This document shows positions 1-10,938 of a stretch of 64,000 nt of DNA, one piece after another; positions within the stretch are counted from its first letter, which is position 1, and each line of letters opens with the position of its first letter. The notes beneath the pieces are model-generated. The model saw only the letters and a program-made list of their open reading frames with translations, did not search any database and was not told the DNA's origin. The stretch is from Candidatus Altimarinota bacterium (lineage in GTDB: Bacteria > Patescibacteriota > Gracilibacteria > BD1-5 > UBA2023): positions 52,440 through 116,439 of the forward strand of contig JALQWG010000002.1 in the NCBI GenBank assembly GCA_023260135.1, read 5' to 3'. Both the position numbers and the translations under genes were made by a program.

Positions 1-889
1 TTTGTCAGTTTTTTACATCTTGTCTGAGGAGGAGAAGGCGCTGGTGGTAGACCTCATTACCTACGGCAGATGCTACGATACGTATAGCTTCGATGACTGA
101 TACACCACTTCCGATGAGGTTCGAGAATACACGGGCAAACCGAGAGAGGATTACTTTGCGTAGGAGTGGTCCGAATATTGGCATATGGAGGAGTATTCCG
201 TCCCATTTATATTTTCCACTTTTGGTCTTCTTCCAGATAGTAAAAACAAAATATCCAATTCCAAGTATACTTCCTATGAGGAACCAGTATTTCTGGAAAG
301 CTTCACTTGTACCGATAATCAGCTTGGTTGCTGGTGGGAGCGTCTCTGGATCTCCAAAAAATGATGTAAGTGTTGGAATAACCTTTACCATGAGGAGTGT
401 TACACAGGCAGCCATACCAACAACAAGAAGCATTGGGTAAGTCATGGCACCTTTGATTTTTCTCGTGATTGAGTCTACTTTTTCTGTCTGGTCTGCAATC
501 TGTAGAAGAGCCTGATTGAGTTTACCTGTACGTTCTCAGGCTTCGATGAGTGATACCTCGGCATCAGAAAAGTTTCCATAATATGCCTGGAGGGATTCAT
601 GCATGGTAAGCCCTCATTGGATCTTATCTATCATGAATTCATAGAATTTGACCATGCCAGGATCTTTTTCTTGTTTTTTGAGTGATGTGAGGCTCTTGAG
701 TACTGTGAGACTCGCGTTTACCATCGTAGCAAGAATACGGAAAAATATTACCTTCTGACGGAGTTTGATTGTTGCTCCGGGAGACAGAAGGTTTTTTATA
801 TATTTTAAAAGATCATCTTTTTGGCTAGCTTGCTGTCATTCCTCAATATCGAGAATCACGATGTCTTGAACTTGGGTATTATTCGCCAT
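1..889 (-). CDS. pilC: Type IV pilus / T2SS platform protein PilC (GspF family); the C-terminal end runs off the window
   Basis: Code-25 translation from the ATG at 887-889 gives MANNTQVQD... It has a GspF-type motif IEA[G]ERTGKL (G = TGA) and polytopic hydrophobic segments. The standard-code fragment 5..445 is in the same frame. Only TGA interrupts the frame. Confidence 0.8.
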
Positions 890-914
890 AGTAGTTTTTT
901 AAAAAAAGAGGGTT

Positions 915-2177
915 TTAATCGTTTTCCTTGGCTGCCGCATATACTTCTTCGAGAGAAGTTCTCCCGTTGAGAGCCTTGATGATACCATCTTGTTCGAGAG
1001 ATATCATGCCATCAGTTATGGCAACGTCGTTGATCATTACTGCAGAGGCTCAGTCAATAATCATTTTTTTGATATTTGGTGTGATCTCGAGGATTTCATA
1101 GATACCGACTCGACCCTTGTATCCGATATTATCACACTCTGGACAACCAACTGGCTCATAGAACGTAGGGTGTTGGAGGATATCTGGAGTGATACGCCCG
1201 AGGAGTTCTTCTTTTGCTGTTCGCTTGAGTGCACGTTCTACGCGTTCTCGCATGTGTGAATCGAGATTCTGCATTGCGACAGGCTTTTTACACTTTTGAC
1301 AGAGTTTGCGGATGAGACGCTGGGCAATGATGGCATTGATCGATGCTGGGAGGAGAAACGCAGGTATTCCCATGTTGAGGATACGTGTGAGTGTCTCGGC
1401 GGCTGAGTTCGTATGGATTGTCGATACCACGAGGTGACCCGTGAGAGCAGCTTCGATCGCGACGTTGATTGTCTCATGGTCACGGATTTCTCACACCATG
1501 ATGATGTCAGGATCTTGACGGAGGGCAGTACGGAGTCAGTAGGCAAATGTATATCCAATATCAGGAAACATCTGTGACTGATTGAGTCCATCGATCTGGT
1601 TTTCCACCGGATCTTCGAGAGTCATGATATTTACATCTGGGGCATTGAGCTTGGAGAGACAAGAATAGAGTGTTGTAGACTTACCAGAACCTGTTGGACC
1701 TGATGTGAGGATGATACCATTTGGGAGGGCAATAGCCTTTTCGAGAAGGACCTTGTTGCGTCACTCGATACCGAGTTCGAAGAGGTCAGGAATCTTCTTG
1801 GATTTATCTACGATACGCATCACTATCTTTTCACCGTGAACAGTTGGGAGTGTTGAGACACGAAGGTCGAGAGCCTTGTTGTTGATAACAGTCGAGAGAC
1901 GTCAGTCTTGAGGTATACGTGCTTCGTCAATCTTGAGGTTTGACATGATCTTGAAACGCGCCACTACCTGTTGATGGAGGAATGGTTGGTATTCGAGAAT
2001 CTCACGGAGTTCACCATCTATACGATATCGGAGACGGACTATATTTGTCAGTGGTTCGATATGGATATCAGATGATCCACTCTCTACCGCTCAGATAATC
2101 ATGAGATCACAGATTTGTCAGATGTTTTCTCCTTTGTATATTTGTTCCTTGAGGAGGTCGATTGATGGAGCAGCCAT
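915..2177 (-). CDS. pilB: Type IV pilus assembly ATPase PilB/GspE, short form (420 aa)
   Basis: Walker [10 protein letters not shown]; Walker B DPDIIMV[G]EIRD with G = TGA at 1491-1493; GASDIHIEP-like [10 protein letters not shown]; C-terminal Zn motif CQKC...CPEC. TAA stop at 915-917. Length is a multiple of 3. Confidence 0.85.
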
Positions 2178-2190
2178 AGTTATAGGTGTA

Positions 2191-3291
2191 TTATTTTTTT
2201 ATTGGTTTGATGATAGCCTCGAATTCATCGCTCATTCACTTGAGTCCACGTGCTACCTGTCCGAGTATTACGATATCACCAGATTCGACTCATTTTGTAT
2301 CTCAGAGTGATCGAGTATATTCCTTCCACTTTTTCTGGAACTCTTCGTATTTTGGAAGTGTTGTTGCACAGAAGTCTTGTTCTCGACACTCAACGATTGC
2401 TTCAGCGATAGATTTTTCGAGCTTATCTCTTTTTGCGATAATAGATTCTTTTAGGAACTTGATATCCTCAATTGATGAACCACGTACATAGAATCTGATT
2501 GTGACTCTTCCTGTATTGATAGCATCAGGCTTGGTTGAGTCGAGTACGTTCTCGAGAGAGAGTGACTCTACGGTCATGAGTGGATTAGAAAAAATCTTTG
2601 GGATTTTTCATTCTGTGAGGATGCCTGTAAAGCTCAGTATCTCTGGATTTCCAGATTCATTGACGTAGGTTATGAGTCTCTGGATATTGCTATTGGTTGC
2701 CCTAAAGTCGAGACGGAGGTCAAATACACCAATAGTAGAAGGATTAATATCTCGAGGGTATGTCACTCACTGGAGCCCTATCACCACAGTACTTCCTATT
2801 TCGAACTCATCGAGGAATCGTTTTTCGATGAATTGTGTGTATTCTTTGAGAGTGATATATTCCTGGTCTACAGAGTTACTGATTGGACTCATCGTTGGCA
2901 AGATACTATTGATTTTTTGTTTTGCTTGCGTGAGCTTCTTCTTGTCTTCATCACTACTGAGAATAGATGAGTTGAGCCAATCGAGATAGTCTCCTTCTCC
3001 AGTTTTGGTGATTACCTTTCGTGCATCATCTTGCGCTGATCGGATAATCTTGAGGAGCTCTTCTTTTCATTCTACTTTTGAGAGTTCTTGTCCTATAGTT
3101 TCGATGGGAATACCATTTTTTCTGACATTATTGTATTCTGTGATAGCTTGCTCGGCTCATTCTGTGGCAGCATTTATCTTGCTAATTCATGGAAAAATAT
3201 ACATCCATGCAAGTATACCAACTCATATGAGTATCGTACATTGGAGAATGAGGGTATAGGTGAGATGTTCTTTTTGAGAAGTACTGATCAT
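2191..3291 (-). CDS. Membrane-anchored coiled-coil protein in the pilus operon (PilN/PilO-like by position only), 366 aa
   Basis: I checked every in-frame triplet by hand and found no TAA or TAG between the ATG (3289-3291) and the TAA (2191-2193), with 9 TGA. It has one N-terminal TM helix (LTYTLILQCTILIGVGILAWMYIF). It absorbs the standard-code fragment 2302..2577. Confidence 0.45.
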
Positions 3292-3303
3292 ATATTGATA
3301 ATA

Positions 3304-4176
3304 TTAGGATTTTTTATTAAGTGGTACGTATCGTGCTTGAATCTGAACGGTTGTTCGTGTTTTGAAAAGTACACTTTTTACATCTTCTCCTGCTCGTATA
3401 TTTTCCACATTGAGTGAACTTGGAGGATTGAGTATTATGAACTGACTTTTTCCTGTATTAGCGAGATTCTCGAGAAATGAGAGTGCTTCGATACGAGCGG
3501 ATCCAAGCTTGTTGTTTTCATCATCATCACCGATATTGCCACCATATACTGTACACTGCGTCGAGAATGTATCACCGTTGGTGATGGATATACCATTGCA
3601 TTCTATATTTGGTGCCTGTGGGTATTCAGAGCTTTTTCTCATAAACTCAAATTGCTTCATGATGTCATCTACTTTTACCTTATTGTTATAGGTATTGATA
3701 ATAAAATCTTTTTCAGGAGAGGCATCAATAATATTTTTTGATATTTTTACTGGAATAAAGTCAGTTAATCAGTCTATAATCTCGAGTTTGAGACTATTGG
3801 TTCGAGTCTTGTATTCCTCTTGTATCATGGTCAGAGTTTTACATTCCTTGTCATCGACGTCAATCCCCATGTTGAGGTATGGACAGATAAATGGATAATT
3901 TGCTGCAAAACTGTTGTTTACCTGTGTACGCACGAATACATGTGCAGATCAGAGTATTCCTATAACTATAAGTATAGGAACGAGATACCCAAGAATAGTT
4001 GTTGCAATCTCGAGCTCTGACTTTTTCACTTTGTTTCCGATAGTGAGATTTCCATCTGATTTTTCCTGAAAGAAATCTCAGTATGGATTGGCTGAGTCTG
4101 CACCTGTATTACTTGTACTGAGAAAACTCTCGGTCGTAATAGACTCGTTGGATGCTGAAGTTGTATCGTTAGGCAT
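3304..4176 (-). CDS. Single-pass membrane protein, first gene of the pilus operon, 290 aa
   Basis: Code-25 ORF from the ATG at 4174-4176 to the TAA at 3304-3306. TM helix IATTILGYLVPILIVIGILGSAHVFV follows an acidic/Ser-Thr N-terminus. It extends the standard-code fragment 3304..3660 upstream through TGA codons. Confidence 0.4.
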
Positions 4177-4205
4177 AAGAAAAAGATATATACTCACGTA
4201 GCATA

Positions 4206-4246
4206 TCAAAAAAAGATTTTTTATGCAAATAATCGCATAAAAAATC
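4206..4246 (-). terminator. Rho-independent terminator downstream of dinG
   Basis: Perfect 12-bp stem GATTTTTTATGC / GCATAAAAAATC (4215-4226 / 4235-4246) with an 8-nt loop. On the minus strand it is followed by a T-run (plus-strand A-run 4208-4214). Confidence 0.7.
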
Positions 4247-4272
4247 TCTTGCTGTTTATTTTTTTCGAGTTT

Positions 4273-6597
4273 TTACACTATCTCACGGAGTATCTCTTGT
4301 CCCCAAGTTGTCTCAGATAAGCGATTATCAAGGCAATATATACTTCACTCATAGCCAGAACTATATATACGTTCTATGAGAGTATTGAGTTTGATAATCA
4401 TCATTGGCTCACTATAGAGGGAGAAGTTATTTTTCATCCCGACTGTTCGCGCGAGAAAATAGGAATCCGTCGGTGGATCGAATGGGAGCTTCGCGAGGAT
4501 AATATTGGTTGCCATACTCCAGAGGGTGAGGGTATCGCGCCACATATCGATAGTTCCTATGAGTATAGTATTATTTCTATTTGCCGTAAAGAGTCAGAGC
4601 TGTTTTCATTTTCCTCCAGATATGCCTTGCATGAGGATTTTTTTACCAGTTTTCTCGAGTGACTTCCCGAGTTCACGGACATGCTTCATACTGGTGGTGA
4701 GGATAACAGTTCCACCGATTGTATCTGTATCTCTGAGTTTTTCGAGAATGTTAGGTGCTACACTGAGACTTTTCTCACCAGTACTGCCTACTATAGTGAT
4801 ATCTCACACCGGAATACTCGACTCACGAGTGAGAAAATCCTGCATCTTCTCGCCATGTATCCCAACGCCTGAGAGATATGCATGACTATACTTCGCAAAA
4901 AATCCGTCGATAAAACTATCAACTACACGTGGAATATACGTAAGTGTGATATCTCACTCTACTATAGTGAGGATGGTTCCATAGCTGCTCTCACGTCTAT
5001 GATAGTGTATCATGAATTCTATCATGGTATCTATTTTTCTGAACCTGATAGTATCTCTCCTCGATTGTATCACTCGAGTGGATTTCCACTCAGTATACGC
5101 ACCATCGAGTCTATCTGTGATGAGTGCGAGTGCCTCGAATCCATGATGCCATATATCTCCTTGTGTGAGAAAGTATGTCTCACCATATTCACCTGGAGGG
5201 TGAGGATTCTCACCAGTAGGTCTCTCTGGGAATTCAGAGTAAAGACCACTCATCCAGAGGAGCATCTCCTGTATCTCTGTTGTCTCGCTATAGTTCTCGA
5301 GAAGTCCCATGAGCGACTTCATATCGACATGTATACTTCGCGCACGGCGCATCTGCTCTTCGAGGAGGGGAATATCTTTTATCACGACTGTATCTCCATC
5401 TGGCATGGAGTGATAGAGTCACTTCCGGATATTGACTATATTCCAGTCTGCAGGACTCTCATCCTTGTATCTATTCGGTTCGGTGGACTCTGCCCGGTAA
5501 TACTCTATCAGATTGCGTTCTTCTCCATAGAGCTTGAGCTCTCGGAGGAGTCCTGTAGTTGTATCTTCTCTCCAGATGAGGAGCTTGGTGATGAGGATTC
5601 ATTCCTTGCGACCCCACGAACTACCCTGGAGCATAGACTCGAGCTCGAGTTCTGAGATGTATTCACTTGCATCCTCATGTACTCGATATGATACTCCGAG
5701 TTCTTCGAGGAGTCATGACATGTGAACTCCTTGTTCTTGTCAGAATACACATATTGTTCCAGTTTTTCCAGAGAGGGTCTCTCGTAGATATTCTCTCTCA
5801 TGCTTTCTTCCTGGTGAGAGGGAAGTGATGTGATAGTGAGTGGTTGGTGCCTGTCATGTCGACACAGTCGTCTCTATCTGTGATGATGACACAGCTTGCT
5901 CCGACTTCGAAAAAAGTGACTCCATATCAATCGTATCACTATATCCCGTGATTCATACGAAGAGTGTAATATTTTCCTTGGATTCATGCTGTCCGCAGAG
6001 TGTGAGGATTTGTTTTTTGCGGTTTGAGAGTCACTCGAACTGATTCAGATAGTGGACAAAAAGTCCTATCGAGAGACGAGTATCTCCGAGTGCACGATGT
6101 TCCTTGTCTCAGGCTGAGAGCCCATACGCTCATGCGAGATATCCGAGATTGAGGCTCTCTATATCCTGAGAAAATATCTCAGACAGTTCGAATGTGTCGA
6201 TAATCCCATGATCTGAGAGGTCTATCCCATGTGTAGCGAGCATCGCGATATCGAAGAGGACATTGTGCCCGACGATGATACTCTCATCACCGATAAATTC
6301 CCTCACACGTTCACGGATATCTCACCATACTGGCTTGCCAACAAGCATCTCATCCGTGATGCCTGTGATCATCGATATCTCCTCGGTCATCTCACGTTCT
6401 GGATAGACGAGTTGGCTGTGCTCAACGATATTTGTTGCCGCATAGTGTCACTCACTATTCTTCTCTATGTCAAAAGCAACTGCTGCCACCTCGATAATCG
6501 TATCAGTTGTAGGGGAGAGTCATGTGGTCTCGAGGTCGAGGGCAACAAATCTGTAAGGCATAGGCATAGTAAGAGTAGAGTGGAATGTTTCTGTCAT
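4273..6597 (-). CDS. dinG: DnaQ-type 3'-5' exonuclease fused to a DinG-family helicase-like region (774 aa)
   Basis: Exo I motif FVALDLETT[G] with G = TGA at 6520-6522; Exo II-like VGHNVLFDI; C-terminal DinG-like LAKLPFDPPTD. I translated the whole frame by hand; only TGA interrupts it. The true stop is TAA at 4273-4275. Confidence 0.65.
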
Positions 6598-6785
6598 TTC
6601 GACTGGAGCAATAGCGGAATGGAGAAATCTTGCTCTGAAATATAATATCAAGTATATCAAAAATTCTCGAAAAGTCGAAGTGATACAGGAAGTGCGAGTT
6701 GACAAGTGTTGTATCTAGTAATTAATATTGACTTTTACTTACCAATCTATAACATAACCCATATTTTTATTCATAATATTATTTT

Positions 6786-7373
6786 ATGGAGTGAGCATTT
6801 GAGTATTCTTGGTTCTTTGAAGATAAAAAAGCAGTTACCCTCTGAGAATTGCAACAACATTTTGGTTTTCTACAATTAAAAGATCCCAGAAATATAGTTG
6901 ATGAAATACTTGCATTTGAATGAATTAGTCAAGTTGTTAGTAAATCTACAGATACAATTGTGCTTACATCAAAAAGAGTAGAAACTATACTACAATGAAT
7001 AAAAAAATGGCAATCCGAACAGGAGAAAATTATAATGAAAAGATTGGGAAAAAAATGGGAATCACCCCAAAAGAAAAATAGTATAAATACATGAAAAGGC
7101 ATGAGAATGAAAGATGTATTATCTAAATGCATCCAATTAACTCCTGCACATTGGTCTCATGCAACTAGAATATATAAAGACACATGGTTTTTTATTACAC
7201 CATGAAGCAATAGGACAGATAGGATATATTGCTTAAGAGAAGAGTTCTTAGATACATTTATACGGACCTATTCAGATCTATCGATTCATGTTTGACTGGA
7301 AGTAAATGACACAACTAGGCCACAAAAAATAACAGATTCATGAAAGTTTCTTAAAAATGCGAAATCAATTTAA
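6786..7373 (+). CDS. Hypothetical protein, 195 aa, in an AT-rich patch
   Basis: Every codon was verified: ATG 6786, TAA 7371-7373, 8 in-frame TGA, no TAA or TAG in 195 codons of very AT-rich DNA. No recognisable motif. Convergent with ftsZ. Confidence 0.45.
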
Positions 7374-7384
7374 ATTTCAGTAAT

Positions 7385-7414
7385 AAAAAATCTCTGAAAA
7401 CTCAGAGATTTTTT
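7385..7414. terminator. Bidirectional intrinsic terminator between the convergent ORF 6786-7373 and ftsZ
   Basis: AAAAAA-TCTCTGA-aaac-TCAGAGA-TTTTTT. Confidence 0.6.
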
Positions 7415-7442
7415 ATCTGATACCTTTATACTCTTTCTGTCC

Positions 7443-8678
7443 TTATTTCAGTTTGTTTCTGAGAAACGCTGGAACATCATAGTCGTTCTGTGGCTCTGAT
7501 TGTGGAGCTGGAGCAGGAGTATTTGCTGTGTAGAATCCACCATGATTCTGAGCTGGAGCAGGAGTAGCATTACCGAAGAGACGATTCTGTCCGAATCCAC
7601 CACGACTCATACCACTGAGCTGTACATTGGTCTCTTCTGAGAATCCTGTTGCGATAACAGTGATCTTGATCTCACCAGTGTAGCGCTCATCGATAGACGT
7701 ACCGAAGATGATATTAGCATTTGGATCACAGAGTTCCTTGATGAGACGAGATGCTTCATCCACCTCGAACATAGAGAGGTCAGAACCACCAGTGATATTG
7801 AGGAGGAGTCCACGAGCACCATTGATAGAGAGTTCGAGGAGTGGAGACTCGATCGCTGCACGGGCAGCCTCGATACCACGATTCTCACCACTTCCGTATC
7901 CGATACCCATGAGAGCAGATCCAGCATTTTCCATCACTGAGCGTACATCGGCGAAGTCTACGTTGATGAGACCTGGATGTGTGATGAGTTCTGATACACC
8001 CTGGACACCCTGCTTGAGGATCTCATCTGCTACGTGGAATGCCTCGAGGAGCGGAGTCTTCTTATCGATGATAGAGAGAATCTTGTCATTCGGGATGGTG
8101 ATGAGTGTGTCTACCTTGTTCTTGAGACTCTCGAATCCATCGAATGCCTTGTTGCTGCGCTGTTGTCCCTCGAATGCAAATGGCTTCGTCACGACACCAA
8201 CCACGAGTGCACCGAGTGACTTTGCAATCTCAGCGATCACGGGAGCAGCGCCAGTACCAGTACCACCACCGAGACCACATGTGATAAATACCATATCAGC
8301 ACCAGAGAGGGCCTGCTTGAGTTCTTCACTTGATTCTTCTGCAGCCTTTTTTCCTATCTCAGGATTAGCACCTGCACCGAGTCCGCGAGTGGTTGCGCGT
8401 CCGATATTGATACGAGTCTGAGCCTTGGAAGTGAAGAGTGCCTGTGCATCAGTATTAACAGCGATAAATTCTATACCTTCGATACCGGACTCGATCATGC
8501 GGTTCACGGCGTTGTTACCACCACCACCGACACCTACTACCTTGATATTGGCGATAGGAGAGATATAACCACCGACATTTACCTCTTCTATCTGTGCGAT
8601 AGGGGATGGTGGAGTGATGGGTTGGACATTGGTACGGAGGAGCTTCTTGAGACGATCTTCGTTAGATGAGAGGGACAT
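7443..8678 (-). CDS. ftsZ: Cell division GTPase FtsZ (411 aa)
   Basis: Intact even in the standard code. Tubulin signature [17 protein letters not shown], and a C-terminal DYDVPAFLR peptide. TAA stop. Confidence 0.97.
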   Translation of the reverse strand: MSLSSNEDRLKKLLRTNVQPITPPSPIAQIEEVNVGGYISPIANIKVVGVGGGGNNAVNRMIESGIEGIEFIAVNTDAQALFTSKAQTRINIGRATTRGLGAGANPEIGKKAAEESSEELKQALSGADMVFITCGLGGGTGTGAAPVIAEIAKSLGALVVGVVTKPFAFEGQQRSNKAFDGFESLKNKVDTLITIPNDKILSIIDKKTPLLEAFHVADEILKQGVQGVSELITHPGLINVDFADVRSVMENAGSALMGIGYGSGENRGIEAARAAIESPLLELSINGARGLLLNITGGSDLSMFEVDEASRLIKELCDPNANIIFGTSIDERYTGEIKITVIATGFSEETNVQLSGMSRGGFGQNRLFGNATPAPAQNHGGFYTANTPAPAPQSEPQNDYDVPAFLRNKLK

Positions 8679-8773
8679 AGGGTAGAAGTTAGAAACTAAT
8701 AGATAAAAATGAATAACTGAGAGAAATATTTTTGAATAACTATTACTTTTTAGTTATTCGTTGTTACCTGTTT

Positions 8774-10011
8774 TTATGGCATTATTTTTTTGAAGAGGTG
8801 CTTGAGTGAACCCATAATACCGTCAAATGAAAATTGTACCTTGAGTGATTGCTTGATATTACCGTACTTCTGGACGAGGAGGAGGATACCGATACTCGCA
8901 GAGTATATAGGGTCTGCGATAGATGTACCGACGACTCATTCTACATTTTCAGGTACTCCGATATTGGCAGGGAGGCGGAGATAGTCGCGAGCGAGGTCTA
9001 CGAGTCCGTGCATCTTGGATGCTCATCCTGTGAGGATGACTCATTCTGGGAGCATACCATCTCGACCAACTTTTTTGAGTTCCATATTCACATGGTGGAA
9101 TATCTCCTCGTATCGTGCTCGCATGATCTCGTTCATGAACTTGCGACTGATGACGATAGTATCCACATTGGACATGCCAGCGAGGTCTATCTCTTCGTCA
9201 TAGTCAGGCTTCATGCCTTCTCCGAATCCGAGGTCACCATAGGAGAGTTTTATCTTCTCAGCTGTATCTATAGATATACGGAGCCCGAGCGCGAGATCTG
9301 ATGTGACATGTTCTCCACCGATAGGGATGACTCCAGCATAGATGAGTGCACCCTCCTCGTAGACTGCGAGATTGGTAGCACTTGACCCAATATCGAGTAC
9401 GACGACACCGAGCTCCTTCTGTCTACGAGAGAGTGTAGATTCTCCGATGGCTATCACGTTCGGATAGACATCTGCTATCTCTACACCAACATCGAGGACT
9501 CATTTTTTGATATTGGAGAGAACATTGGTACCCATGGTGATAATATGACTTCTCACTTCGAGTTTTTTCCCGCTCATTCCAATTGGATTTTTGATACCAT
9601 TTTCGAGATCGAGAGAAAAACTCTCTGGAATAACCTTGAGCACTGTACGATTCATGAGGTCTACTCAGTTCTGGCTCATATCGAGTGCTCGGTTGATGTC
9701 ATCTTCTGTGACATCGATACCACCGACAGCAACGATACCACTCTTGCGTACTATATCTATATGTACACCAGAGAGACCGAGGCAGACGTGTGTTACCTGT
9801 GCTCCGATCATCTTCTCTGCTTCACCGAGTGCGATGTCGAGATTCGCCTTGAATTCCTCCATATCGAGGATATTTCACTTGCGGATACCGCGAGACTCTG
9901 CAGAACCAACACCGAGGATACGAAGTTTTTTATTTTCTCCCCACTCTCCGATGACGGTTTTGATACGAGAGCTTCCTATATCTATGGCGACGAAGTATTC
10001 TCCTGATACCA
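8774..10011 (-). CDS. ftsA: Cell division protein FtsA, with an apparent 1-nt frameshift near the N-terminus
   Basis: Actin-like phosphate-1 motif MVSGEYFVAIDIGSSRIK is in one frame (9958-10011). The rest (TVIGEWGENKKLRILGVG..., fragments 9665..9862 and 9041..9457) is in another frame. Total length 1238 nt is not a multiple of 3. TAA at 8774-8776. Confidence 0.85.
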
Positions 10012-10356
10012 TATATTGTATAAAAAATTAAGTGTATAAAATGTGTATTCTTTTGTTTTGGCTTCAGTATGAGAAAATAGAGAATCACTCATATCTGAAT
10101 ATGTGCCTATTATATATCTCGGTTATGCTTTTTCAATCATATTCTCCGCATCATGTTCACGATATTTATACTTGTCCGATGTTATTTTTTTATATTTTGC
10201 TTTTCTCTTGCGGATTCTCGATGTCAAAAACTTATTTTCTACTTTTATGACTTGAGTGCAATCGAGCTACCTGAAGGTAATATGATATTTTTTTGGATAT
10301 GGTGCATGCGTGAATAAAACCATTCTCAAAAGAATAATTCCTATAAAAGTTGTCAG

Positions 10357-10384
10357 AAAAAATCTCCTCAAATGAGGAGATTTT
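10357..10384 (-). terminator. Intrinsic terminator after the H1-like gene
   Basis: A-tract, stem TCTCCTC / GAGGAGA with a 4-nt loop, T-tract. Confidence 0.55.
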
Positions 10385-10386
10385 AA

Positions 10387-10938
10387 TTATTTCTTTGCTA
10401 CTGTTTTTGCAGGAGTAGGCTTCTTTACTGGAGCAACTTTTTTCGCTACTGGTTTTTTTGCAGCAGGTACAGCTTTTTTCGCTGGAGCCTTTGGAGCTAC
10501 TGCTTTCTTCACTGGAGCAACTTTTTTCGCTGGAGTGGCTACTATAGTTGGTGTGGGTTTTGCTATGGGAGTTGCTACTGTTTTTGCAGGAGTAGGTTTT
10601 TTCGCCGGAGCAACTTTTTTTGCTACCGGTTTTTTTGCAGCAGGTGCAACTTTTTTCGCTGGAGCCTTTGGAGCTACTGCTTTCTTCACTGGAGCAACTT
10701 TTTTCGCAGATTCCTTTTTTGATTTTTTAGCCTTCTTTGCAGCCTTTTCTGCTTCTTTCTTTGCCTTTTTTGCTGCCTTTTTTGCTGCCTTTTCTGCTTC
10801 TTTCTTTGCTTTCTTCTCTTCCTTTTCGATTTCCTTGAGCATTTTCTTTTCGAGTTTTTCTACTTCTTTTGGAGTCAATGCGCGATCTTTTTGATGCTTT
10901 TTAGACATATGAATATTGGTTAAATAAATATGGGACAT
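10387..10938 (-). CDS. Lys/Ala/Pro-rich histone H1-like basic protein (183 aa)
   Basis: Intact ORF with KKAAKKAKKEAEKAAKK and repeated AKKVAPVKKAVAPKAPAKK tracts. AAAGG Shine-Dalgarno-like element upstream of the ATG at 10936-10938. An alternative ATG is at 10908. Confidence 0.6.
   Translation of the reverse strand: MSHIYLTNIHMSKKHQKDRALTPKEVEKLEKKMLKEIEKEEKKAKKEAEKAAKKAAKKAKKEAEKAAKKAKKSKKESAKKVAPVKKAVAPKAPAKKVAPAAKKPVAKKVAPAKKPTPAKTVATPIAKPTPTIVATPAKKVAPVKKAVAPKAPAKKAVPAAKKPVAKKVAPVKKPTPAKTVAKK
10397..10707. repeat. Two near-identical 134-nt copies (10397-10530 and 10574-10707), period 177 nt, inside the H1-like CDS
   Basis: Both copies start GCTACTGTTTTTGCAGGAGTAGG and end GGAGCAACTTTTTTCGC. 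They encode the duplicated about 59-aa AKK/PAKK module. Confidence 0.8.

Noticed and set aside
4882-5655. 257-aa plus-strand ORF, and the 97-aa minus-strand ORF 5508..5801.
   Set aside because: Both overlap the DnaQ-DinG gene, whose single frame I translated end to end. 5508..5801 is out of frame with the Exo and DinG fragments and has no motif.
7708-8421. 237-aa plus-strand ORF.
   Set aside because: Antisense to the intact, unmistakable ftsZ. The sequence is low-complexity and Ser/Arg/Pro-rich.
10012-10386. Possible small gene in the 375-bp gap upstream of ftsA (standard-code ORF 10032..10250).
   Set aside because: It is a hydrophobic, AT-driven sequence with no motif. The other frames give only ORFs of about 20 aa or less. 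It is treated as the ftsAZ promoter region.
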